A stretch of 64,000 bases of DNA. It comes from a virus. The position numbers and the translations under genes were made by a program. This document shows positions 30,001-41,000 of this stretch, one piece after another (positions within the stretch are counted from its first letter, which is position 1; each line of letters starts with the position of its first letter). The notes under the pieces are model-generated. The model ran no database searches. It was not told the DNA's origin and saw nothing but the letters and a program-made list of their open reading frames with translations. The stretch spans positions 1 through 64,000 of the IMG/VR virus record IMGVR_UViG_3300030430_005214, one strand, 5' to 3'.

Positions 30001-30857
30001 TTTGGACTATTTTGATTTGTTTCTTTATGAAAGTGTATCGGACCAGTCCAAATATCATCGGGTGCCCCATATAAATAATTAACTTGTTGATTTCTATCAG
30101 TTGGCACGTTGGGTAATATAGATTCGCCTGTGGCTGGATCAATTAAATCTAAGTTTGTTGGTATTTCAGTTTTTGAAAGTATTTGCTCTTGGCCGTTATG
30201 TTTGAATGTTGTATCGATAATAAAATATCCCGTTCGGGTCACAATCTGTTGATTGTCAAAAATAATCTCTGATCCAATTGAATTTTCAACAAAGCCGGCC
30301 AATTGATTTCCAAAATCTGCAGCTAAATAATAAATAAATCCTAGAAAGTCTGGTGTAGTGGTAGACGGTAAAATAAAATCACTTTGAACTGGAATTGTCA
30401 ACATTCTTTGTTGCTTATCTTGAAATGATTTTGGGCTGACTATAGAGATATAATCTTGTATTTTTTTTCCATTAAAAAAGTTTTTTAATTCAACGTGAAA
30501 AGCCTTTGTTGCATTTTGACTAATGTATTGTTTTTTTTCTGCTTCAGATAATTTTACAAAATCTGTCATCTCCTGTTTGGATAATATAGGAATATAAAAT
30601 AAAGAAGATTGAGTTAAGATATTTTTCAAACTTACATTTATTGTAAAATTATTTGGTGAATAACTTGCAAGCGCTTTAATATAAAAATCCAATGTTATTC
30701 TTATTCTGTCTTGCCCAGATTGCAAGTCTTCATCTGGATTATCGTAATATAAATCAACTTGGCTTTTGTTTTGAAAATTGTTTTTATTAGTACTTTCTAA
30801 AATAATACTTTTTAAAAATGGCTTTGGAGCACTGGTAAGACCCTTTAACATCAGCAA
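27045..30857 (-). CDS. Large putative virion protein
   Basis: 1270-aa ORF in the structural block; His-rich WTGPIHFH...MAGAQHxxxxxH motif. Confidence 0.6.
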   Translation of the reverse strand: MLMLKGLTSAPKPFLKSIILESTNKNNFQNKSQVDLYYDNPDEDLQSGQDRIRITLDFYIKALASYSPNNFTINVSLKNILTQSSLFYIPILSKQEMTDFVKLSEAEKKQYISQNATKAFHVELKNFFNGKKIQDYISIVSPKSFQDKQQRMLTIPVQSDFILPSTTTPDFLGFIYYLAADFGNQLAGFVENSIGSEIIFDNQQIVTRTGYFIIDTTFKHNGQEQILSKTEIPTNLDLIDPATGESILPNVPTDRNQQVNYLYGAPDDIWTGPIHFHKETNQNSPNFGEFRAMAGAQHDNTIPHPFLRYIVRGNSKIIDFRGMNAFEDLFSYKSSIYEAILAASSNVLYTGQKKNKLIDDFIKNKAIVSELKYSIRTGQKKTQLSSGSQVLSSEYRSPALFFSIDKESLLKYTTKVPNFLDKVVGLKSLGIELYDAIIQNIDIISFQIIRINKRTKTSDVLIIAPNDQKHIVLSEQDNNGSNITNPMVFVNKTSKTFTPAGNENNTTCLYEFFDGQIDAIKDNGKYAYKIKLKYKDPVMSYLNDRLEQLRTIIANLDELSQKTNFMIPDPLTGKFVAIYDRFQKELNPTFVQQTINGSVNPLVPLSFSFDKQSELPDSVNSAFPIVDPTGASLLDSLSTYLVIINSYFFTGTEQNYFSLIDNIRNFIRSSLTLSVTTPELIEKTRSLLDIIRARTEDLLTLYSTEQVVKKSSGFTDKDYIQSTNVKNKSVFVVEYEHEFKNVLDLSKTKNAFDWVEPMPALENISSSPLKPISVDSYKQLVKGNETMNYLTLEGKDLVGKDNDYSYSFMNMFAPSILKYEKTDETNFDNNYLRAIRNKLIQNITNTPKSVLIPEILGTFGIKFPLKQETVTNYLQDKLAYDKDEIPSSVIGNSTQGVLDNFGSPFVISLPEAMGAPGKSDAETLAYGSVDSKDYEWTGGPFEDYPYNTAISLVNLINTNVYQRRSLKYLNQTYAQLVSDEIILDTEFNTANKNVPHTTNVFSTANVANLIQPSVVRNYLLYYIFSLITKNALFEHYDTYSYYLNIFAKVHYLHGFKQRDIGAFANRPSKFSFFTQNNNNFIKAMDFRELTPGVLNSLLPGQQLLCKIVLFEGEDITPLFDEKVINLFKDFYNLNELFLIGAPTDLSLVDQLLDGRTRDAIDELNNVNQNPAVASSNSEFRLEQEAIQAAVAEARTARAVELPGTPTAVSTSGFEGDEAIGVPATRGAQLDPKTEIEIIKKVIKNQQAVKSPMTGVKEQVQLPRTSPTGPY

Positions 30858-32014
30858 ACTTCTCCCGGCTCAACCTCTGGTAATGCGGTGTAAGGATCAA
30901 TGCTGATATCTTCCTCTTCTACAAAACCGTCACAATCATAAACGTTACTCATATAAATGTTTTGAGATTTAAGTCTCTTATCTCTACCTATTAAATAACA
31001 TGCTAAAGTAGCATTGATTTGGCCATCTGTTTCTATATTAAAAACACTCTCGACCGCAGTTTTTGATATGTCTGGACTTTTCATTACAAACGAGTTGGTC
31101 AGATCATCAGTTTCATCCATAAAATACATCTTTTCTAGTTCTTCTTCCTCTTCACCGTTTTCATTTGTTTTTGTTGTTACTTCATAAACTTCTATCATAA
31201 AATTTTCATTTAAAAAATCAACATTTTGCTCCTCTAGCGATAAGAATAAATAATCTTTTATAACAAAAAAATTACCACCTTCGGCAGAAACTTTTTCAAA
31301 ATGAAAGCCGCTTTGGTCTTCGCTTTGCACTTCTCCATCTAGACTGATTGCGCTAGCGTTTTTACCCAGGCCATCAAAAAAGTTTACCGGTTGAGAGAGT
31401 GTCTCAAATGGATTGTATTTTTCATCCATCCTATAAGCAACATCTTTAAGTTGGCAATTTATTTGTGGAACGTTTGTAAAAACATCTTTTTTCTTATAGT
31501 ATGGAGCAGAACTAGAAATCTCACCTTGATAAAATAATGTGTTAAAAGCTGGACTAAGGTTGTTTAGAAATGGTTTTGTACCAATTAAATTTTCTAAAAG
31601 CTTCTCAGATTCAGCAAAGCTGTTTTTTACTTTTATTTTTTGAACCTCTTCGACATATTCTTGTATCGTAGAAGTCTCTAGAACACCAGCTATAACTTCG
31701 TCAATTATAATTGGCTTACCAGAATTAAAATCTTTTAAAAGGTTTGTCTCGGCAAATGAGTTAAATATGGCTCTCTCTGTGCCTACCTTTCTATGTAAAG
31801 CTTTAAGTCTGGGTGTTTCTTCTTGAATTCTTTGTTCAATGTAAGATTGTGAATCGTCTTTACCGGAGCCAATCGCCCAAGTTCCGTCATAAAGCACATT
31901 GTCATCTGAAAAAGCATAATAGACTGGCTTAAACAGCCCTCTAGATAAAAGCTGCTTTCCGTAGCTTGTTAACTGAACATCTATCACATCCTGCTTTTTA
32001 TTAAAAAATTCCAT
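30851..32014 (-). CDS. Virion structural protein, N-terminal paralog of 22483-23448
   Basis: DVQLTSYGKQLLSRGLFKPVYYAFSDDNVLY. Confidence 0.6.
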   Translation of the reverse strand: MEFFNKKQDVIDVQLTSYGKQLLSRGLFKPVYYAFSDDNVLYDGTWAIGSGKDDSQSYIEQRIQEETPRLKALHRKVGTERAIFNSFAETNLLKDFNSGKPIIIDEVIAGVLETSTIQEYVEEVQKIKVKNSFAESEKLLENLIGTKPFLNNLSPAFNTLFYQGEISSSAPYYKKKDVFTNVPQINCQLKDVAYRMDEKYNPFETLSQPVNFFDGLGKNASAISLDGEVQSEDQSGFHFEKVSAEGGNFFVIKDYLFLSLEEQNVDFLNENFMIEVYEVTTKTNENGEEEEELEKMYFMDETDDLTNSFVMKSPDISKTAVESVFNIETDGQINATLACYLIGRDKRLKSQNIYMSNVYDCDGFVEEEDISIDPYTALPEVEPGEVC

Positions 32015-32022
32015 TAAATTTG

Positions 32023-35000
32023 TTATTCCTCTTCATTATAAGTAGGATTAAATGTAGTTATTGAGTTTAGTTTTGCTAATTCGATTAAAGAGAAAAAGTC
32101 ATAAGGCCAATTGTAAGAATATAAAAAGTCATTTGCCTGCTGTGGTCCTAAGTCTTTTCTAATATACTCTGTTCCGTTAAGATTGATTTTACCAACCATA
32201 GAGTTGTAATTCATTGCCGCTCTTTTTTTAACTTTAAAAACAGCCCATCTTGTTTTAGTTGAATCAAAGAATTCGTTTAGTCCCTTTTTGGGGGCAAAAT
32301 AAGGGTGATATGGAATTTTAACGTCAGTCGCCGGCTGTCTTCCCTGCGCTTTTGTTGTAGGCATTAAATGCAAGCTTGTTTCGCTTTTAACTTTCAGCGC
32401 TTTCCTAGCAAAAGTTGGCTCAACGTTTTGCCACATATTTTGCAAATCTTTCTGTGTGAGATTAATAGAATATTCAATCATAAACATCACAAATGGGCTC
32501 ACCTTATCATTATGTAGAAAGTCTAAGTGAGGTGGTATTACATACTTTCTCATTAGCGACATCAAATCATATAACTCTTTACTTTCATCCAACACTGAAG
32601 GAGATTTCTCTTTAATTTCATTAAATGTTCTTATGTTCAGCGTTGTTAATGGATCAAAACGGTCATCAATAGACTTGTATAGATTACTTTTAACTAAATT
32701 AAATTGTTCTTTATCTATGTGGTAGAATTCAGTTTGATTTATGATCTCATTATATTTGAAAGGTATTGCAATAATAGCCTCACTAAATTCTCTTTGCGTC
32801 GTAGGTGCCGCAATATTTGATATACTTAAATCACCGCTTGAATTTAGCTTGCCCACTTTACTAAATTGTGTTGTATCTATGTTTAGCAATCGAGCCAAGT
32901 CTTTAAGCCCTGGATAATCGGCCGCTACGTTGTTATTGGTTATAAATTTTCCATTAGGTCCTTCGGCCTGCAATTTAATCCCATTATCTCTTTCTGGTAT
33001 TTCGCCGTATTGATGCCACATTCCTTTGGCAACATTACCAGAAATAAAACTAGTTTGTGGAGAGGCGTTTGTAAAATCTAAAACTGGACATTCCCATCTT
33101 GGCTTAAATGCCACCAGCTGTTTTTTTGCTGTTGCACCATCTTCAGTTTGAAATTCTTGTTTTGTTTCATATAAAACGTGATTTGGATTTTCATCCCCCA
33201 AGAATAATGATGCAGAAAGCTGCATTTTATATCTGTGATTAGTTGTCTTATAAGCATTCAAGAGTGCAGTGGCATAGTTCCCAACGGTTGGATATGAAAA
33301 AGTGGGTAATCTGTTATATGAATATGAGGCAGTTGCAAATATTTCCTCTCTGGTGGTAACACCTTCTTTTAAGTTAGCAAATATTTGCACTGTGCCAAAC
33401 CCATTGTAATAGGCCGGCGTGAACGGATCAAAAGCAGAACCAGTAATGCCAAAATCACTATTAATTGGACCCATCTTAAAAGCACTAGTACGGTCTTGTT
33501 TACCAAATTCACCAGTTTCGACTGGTGGGCCAAAAGAGGAACCATATAAAAACGGATCAATATTAAAACCAGTAATAGCTCTATCGTACATTGTGACAGA
33601 AGCGGTGTTTACTTGCAAACTACTAGTTATATCAGCATTGCCAACTACATAGTCGTATGGGGAGACCCGCATTATTGCGTCTTGTTCCAAATAATCCGCA
33701 ACATTTTTAATATTCATAGAGTTCATTAAATTGAGATACATTGTGTACGTGCCATCTTCTGGTATTATTATCTCAGCGTCAACTTCGTTATCTTGATTGG
33801 ATCTAATCATAGCTTGCTGATTTGCGCCGCGGCCAATAAACAAGTTCATCGTCTCAGCCAAAAAGTTACTCATAGCAAAAGTATGATCATCTTTTACATT
33901 GACGATAGACGCAGTAGAGTCCAAAGCTAAATCTGGGTCAACTTCAGCGTCATAAATTCTAATATTTTTTGGTTGCACTAAATCCCCAAAGGGAATTCTT
34001 GTATCAAAATTACCACTTATCGCATGGCCCCAACAGAGACTAGGAGTGGCAGTAAAACCACCTTCATTAGTAAAAACTGGGTAGTCAACTGCAATGCCAG
34101 ACTTAATTGAATTGAACAATATCCCTGGCGCAAAGAAAGGCTGCGCCGCCGTTCTAACATTTTTTTCAGTGCCGAACAGATCCGCAGTTAAAGATTGGAA
34201 AAAGATTTTACCCAGCTGTGTTGTTCTCTCTGATGGATAAAAACCATCATATGGTAAAAACTTTAATATAGCCTCGCAAGTTAGTTTATGCTTGGTTGTT
34301 CTAAGCTTGGTATCGGTAGGTACATCGGCAACGCCTCTTTGGTCTTCGAAATCTTCTTCTACAAGTTTAAAATAATCATAGAAGTCACTAAACACATATC
34401 TGTTTAAAAATTCTTCTGTCGTTGCAAAATTATCTGTACCTGTTAAAGAAAGCAAACCGAATTGTATTTGTAGATCTTTTGACATGTTCATGGATACATC
34501 AAAGAACCCAGCGGGGCTGTAAGAGTCATACTGTAAATTATTAGCATTAGCTATAAACCTACTCATATAATCGCTAATAATAAACTCTGGGAGGACTGTG
34601 CCATCTTTTAAATTTCTAAACCCTTCTTCAGCGTACTGATCGTAGTTATCATAAAACGGTTTATGGTCATTGCTGGAAGTTGCCTCCCAGAACGTGTCGC
34701 CAACTGAGGCACTGTACCTTGCTATAGCAGAAGCACTTTGTAAAGTTGCGAATGTAGGGAAATAATATAAATCTGCCTCTCTTGCACGTAACTCTGCTGG
34801 TGCCGACGACGGAAATTCATCCTTGTCTTGATAAATTAATTTGATTCTTCTATTATAGTTTATGGTCGCAACAACATCACTACCAGTTTGATAATGAAAC
34901 AAGGAATAACAATTTTGTAATTCGCCTACGCCATCTTGCTGTGTCATGCCACCCTTATATGGAACAAACTCAGCGTTTTCAGCAAAATCATCGTGAGAGT

Positions 35001-38000
35001 CTAGTTTCCAAATACTAGAGGTTAATATTCCTTGTTCTCTTGAATTGGGCAAAAGATTTTCTGTTCTATGTTCTCTAGTATCTCTCCAAAACTTATTTAC
35101 AAAATTAAGTCTTTTCCTAGTGCCAGAAAGATAAGTATACAAGCCTTTTGGATAAATTGTTTCAGCATATGATACTTCCGCTATATCTTTAATATTATTT
35201 TCATTCAAATAGTTTAAAAATGCCGCGTACGGAGAGTAACTTTTGTTAAACAACAATTCCGGTCTAATTGGTATGATGTTGTCTAGATGCCTACCTGAGT
35301 ATTGTCGTGAAAGTTTAGACTCTTTTGTGTGATCTGTAAAATGTTTTTCAATATTACCCAAGCTGCTTAAAGCGACAGTAATACTTCTTTCCTCTCCTGT
35401 TTTAAATTTATAAATAAGAGGCTTATATTTCGATGTTACAGGTGGCTCAGTAAAGTTTTTAACTAATGAAGGTGGACGCTCAGGATCTTTTACACCAATA
35501 ACTCGCTCTAAATATCCAATTTGATTATGATTTTTTTGATGTCTTACAATTGGATGATTATCTTTTCTGTAAAGCTTCCAGTTTGCCCCGCCATATGGAC
35601 CCTGACGGTTTAGGAGTATAGAGTTTAAATATGGTGTTAGCGCGGGATTAAACACTGTATTTATTAAAGAACCAACAATGTCATTGTTATAACCGCCATA
35701 AAATATGCCAAATGGGTCCGGGGTTAATCCTAAGCTTAACAGTAGCTGTTGGCCGACGATGTTATTATCCGGATCGAATTCGTCTCGCACGATTGTGTTC
35801 AACCCTACAAAATCAATTTCATAGAAAGTGGTTGTTGCTGCTTCTTTGGTAGTAGGAAATCGTATGTTAGTTTGATTTGGAACTATTTGACCACCGACAT
35901 CACTAGAACTTACAAATACTAAATCAGAAGAAGCAAAATCACCCCTGCTAGTGTCTTTTTTCTCATAATCAAATAAAGCAGAACCAGTATAATTTTGTAT
36001 TAAGCTGGCTGTAATCCAAGCATACTGTACATCTGTTTGTGGAATAGCATGTTGTACGTGAAAGTTATCATATTTAACTGTTTGCTCAAAAGGATCATCT
36101 CGGCGCCGGCCAAGCGACTCGCCAAATGTAATCGCTGGTCGACCATTTCTATTAACCTTATGAAACGAGCCAGTACCGCTATAATCTTCAAAATTCACAG
36201 TTGAAAATCCACCAGGGTATGGTGCGAAGCCGGCTTCATCATAAGCAGCGACTGTAAATTGATCACTAAAGAAACCAAATTGATTAGAATGATCAGAATA
36301 TAATTCATTTAGAACAGTTCGAACAGGTAAATTTCTAAATGGCATCGCATTATACACACTAAATTCTGCAGCTGCGATGTCTAACATACCCTCTGTCATA
36401 GTGCTAACATCACCTGGTGCAGAGAAGCGATTTACAATAATTGCTTTATTAGATCCAGTCAAGTCTCTTCTTACCAAAGGAAAATCAATAACACCAGAGA
36501 CAAAAGCCGAGTCGCGAGAACTTATCTCAGTTGGCAAATTTCCCTCAGACTCTACTAGATAACGATTGTTTAATGAGCGGCCATTAGTCATAACAATTTC
36601 ATAAGTCTCTGAATAATTACCTATTTTTGTAACGCCGTTTGCGTCAGTCGCTTGGTCTTCTGTTTCAACAGGAGCTGTTAATTGTTTAATATTTTTAATG
36701 TTTACCGGGCGTTTTGCATACTCTTCACGGAAATACACAGACTTTGGATTTTCCGGTGCGATATTAAGCAAATCTATCCCTTCTGCAGATCCAGTTATGC
36801 GCCAGCCCTCTAGTCTCTCACCTTCGCTATCAGGAGGATCATTATCAGGGGTAAAATTTGTCATTACGTGACGATATGCTCGACCACCGACATATTTTTC
36901 TGTAAACGGACCTTGCATCGGAACATCGCCAAAAGGACCATAACTATCATGGTGTAAGTTTGTGATGGCTAAGTTGATTTGAAAGTCTGCAATCGGGGCC
37001 ATAGCAGCTTCGTTTTTGATAGAAGAGCTATACAGTCCAAATGGAAACACCAAATCACCTTTAAAAACATTACTAAAATCATCACCCCCATCAATAACCG
37101 AAGCAACTGAAAATTTGTATTTTCTTTTGCCCCTATTTAATTCTAAATTATCGTCGCAATCTTTAAAAGATTCAAGCTTTGAATCAGGAGGTTCAATAGA
37201 AATTAATCCTCCCTCTCCTGGTGTGGATTGTGTTGGTCGCTTTCTTATAGAATCCCAAAAACCAACTTTTTTATTCTGATAGGCGTTTCCACCACCATGA
37301 ATGTCTGGCTGGTTTATACCCTTTACCTTATATGGTCTAGCTAGTCTTCTAGTGACATATGTTGACCCTTGATACGTCTCAGATGTTTTAACGTTGTAAA
37401 GCGTTGGAGCTGTCGCATTTGTTTCGTTAACAATGGAATCTAATTGAGTTTGTCGATTTATGTCAACATTGGAATCACCAGAAGATATTATTGGGTTTGC
37501 TCGCTCTGATCTCTCTTTAAACCAAGTGCAATTATCAGCTTCGTCATTTGTTATTGGTGCATGACCCTCTTTCCATGGGTAACTTAGTTCATTAACTCCA
37601 AGTATTATCCCATCTGGTTCACTTTTTACGTCTTTTACAAGGGAATACTTATTTGTAAATTTACTTCTATCACCTAAAACAAAATTTTCAATAACTGTTG
37701 ATATACCATCTTCAAAAGTTAACATAGACATTGGTATTAATTTAACCAAATATCTAGACACGGCATAATCAATAAACTTAAAGTATTCTACGTACTTATC
37801 AAAATCGTAATCATTTGCAACCTTTTCAAAGAAAAGATCTGCTGCTTTTTTAAGTTCTTTATATTCTCCACGATAAGCATTTACCGGAGTTCCAATCATA
37901 TTGTTAAACCAAACAACAGAACCAAACATGTTTAACATTTCCTCTGAAATATCTTGGAAAAGGTTCTTTTCTATTGAAAGATGATAGGTTGTTGGTCTGG

Positions 38001-41000
38001 TATTTCTATTAAAAAACTCGTCATCTTCGGAAAGAATTCTTGTTAAATTAGAATCCATTAAAACTTCAGGTACTTGAGGTTGAAATGTTGATCGTTCTAG
38101 AGACTCAACGGCCTCTTTTGATGACGCAAGGAAGAAACTTCCAGAAGCAGTGTGTCTTCTGGACACTAAGCCACTAAACCATCCATATCTATTATCACTA
38201 AGTGAGCCAGAAGAAACATCCTCGACCGCGAACTCTCCGTTTGAATCTGAACCGGTTACACTTGTAAAGTCCCAAAGCAAAGCTAATGTATGAGCTTGAG
38301 GTACGTACTTATCATTAATGCTATTTTGATATAAAAATGCATTTTGTGTTGGCCTTTCTGCGCCGAAATTACCTAGTTTTATGTTGTGATTGTCTATAGT
38401 GCCAGTTGGTAAACTAGCATACCACGCACGACAAGACTCTATTTTAGTATCGGCAAAGTCAACTATACTTCCAGTAAAGTTATTTCTATGCGCTCCAACA
38501 AACACGCGCTTAGGGCTAGATAATATTTTTCGACCAGAATCATTACTGATCGTACCAGTGACTAAAAATTCTTGGGCCTTATAGTCAGCTATATGATTTA
38601 CACCATAAAAACGAACAGTGTAGCCGGACTCTTCGGATCCGCTCACTTGATTTATTGACTCTATTTTTGTTGGCGCGACAGTAACAGAAACCGTCCACAG
38701 CTGATCGTCATATACGTCGTCAAAGATAGAAGACGTCATCTCTGGTATAAGTCCACCGGTAGTGCTGCTTAATTTAAAGTATGCATTAGATGAAAACTTA
38801 TCGTCTTTAACTATTGAAACTTGAAAGTTGGCATAATCATTTGTATCCCATGTTAAATCGTTTTCAACATATGGATCGGCGGTGTGTACACCAAATAAAC
38901 TAGTTTGCTTATGAAGCGGATATAAGTTGGCTGCCGTGCCTTGATAGCTCTCTTTAACCGTAGCATAATCAGCTATAGACACTCGATTAGGTAAAATCGC
39001 GTTTGCTTCTAAGGTAAAAGCTAACCCTACACCCTCAAAAGTTCCATCTGTAACGCCTGTTCCTGAAAGAAAAGACGTTGAATCATTATCAATTTTATAT
39101 TGGAAGATTGACGCATCATTGTTGCCTATTTTGTTAAAATTAGCATAGTTTTTCTTTTTCGTAATTAATCTGAGATTGTCCTCTAGTTTATATACCGTCT
39201 CATTGCCATACAGATTAATTTTTAATACATTGTCACCAATTCCAAAACACCTTAAAAGGTTTCTAAATGACTTTTCACTACCTTTTGTTTTATAGATATA
39301 ATTTAAGTTATTGTATATATTTTGATAAATAATGTTTTTTACTTCTTGTAAGTTTTTTTCAAACTTAATTTCTTCATCTCTATTATCAAACTTTTCCAGT
39401 AACGTTGCGTCAACAAATATCTCCGGTGCGACAAAACCAACAGACTCAAGAGACTTCTTGTTAAAAGGAGGCGGCGTGGCCTCACCACTATAATATTTTA
39501 TATTATTTAACTCTGGTAGTTTTTCTAAAAGTATTGAAGTTTCGTCAAAATAACTTGAAACAACTTGTAATAGATTTAACAGTTGGTTTCCGTCTAAATT
39601 ATCTCTTTCTGTTTCACTTTGTTCTAAAATCCAACCGGGCATATATGATTTTAAAGAATTTGCATTAGTGTCGTCATATATGCTGCCGCTTTTTGACATT
39701 CTAGACAAATAACTTAAAACATCCGGGTGGAAATCATAAACGATTGGATCTTTAAATTCTATTGTACTAGCAGAAGATTCTAATATAGCAGAGCCAATTT
39801 CTCTAGATCCTGCAGGATTATAACCCGTCCAAGAACCATTGCTTACTCGACCGGAGTAATCTAAAACAGTGGAATCAACGGATGTATTTTCTGTGATACC
39901 CTCATTAAATTTAAAGTAAACACCAAGGTCTGTATTCGATATGTCAGTATTTGTACCTCCACCAACCTGATCAAACCAGCGAGTTTGTATCTGTTTTGAT
40001 GTTCTCCATCGTTTCCAATATCTAAATTCATCAATTGAGCCTGAAAATGGCGACCAACCGCGGTCGCCGCGAGCGGCTGTACCATCATAAAATTCTGCTG
40101 CTTGCGCGCCAATTGTAGAAACGATTGCGCCGGAGACATAGCCAACTGGGAAAACTCCGGTTGAAGAATCGTTATATTCTCCGTCGACAAACAAATCAAA
40201 AAGTGTCTGATTTCCCTCAGTTTTCATTCTAATCGCGTAATGGTGCCAATTTCCATCTGCGATAGAAGAAGTCGTCAGCGTAGGGGAACCCATATATAAT
40301 CTTATATTATTTGTGCTTCCCGAGGCATAACTTACAAAAAAGGCTTGATTGTTGACATTAGCGGCCGTGCCAGTGGTGGCAAGAGCTATCGACAGACGAC
40401 CGTAATTATCACTAGTATGTGTTGTGCCGGTTACATGAGCGTCAACAATAAATTCAAAATATTCTTGGTCAGGAACATAAGCATCTTTCTTAAGCCAAAA
40501 TTCTACGGTATTACCTTTATTTCCATCAATTAAAAGATTATTTTCTCTATTATCATCCAAATCATATATGTTGGCATCTTTACGATAAACAACATTATCT
40601 GTAACTTGGTTATAATATAGGCTATTTCCCGATCCGGCGTGTGGGCCACCTTTTGCTAATATATACTCAAAACCCTCGGTCAGATAATTTACAGGAGGAA
40701 AAAACCCACCTTCGGCACCTGCAGTAGCGGCTCCCGTCAAAAAATTGGCATATCCAGTTGTTCTTGGATATCCATTTTCAAAAAGGTACAAATCTATAAG
40801 AGAAGAGGATACTTCCCAAAGAACTTTTTCTTTTAGTGATCCATCGTAAGGGTAGGTGTCGTGAATTCGTTTAATTGAATCTTCATAGTATTTTTCTGCT
40901 AATCCAAAACGAGCAAAGAAAGCAGGACTATCAAAATTTTCAATCGCTTCAAATCTTGCATTTCTTTTATTGATTGCAGCTGCATAATCAAAAGATTCAA

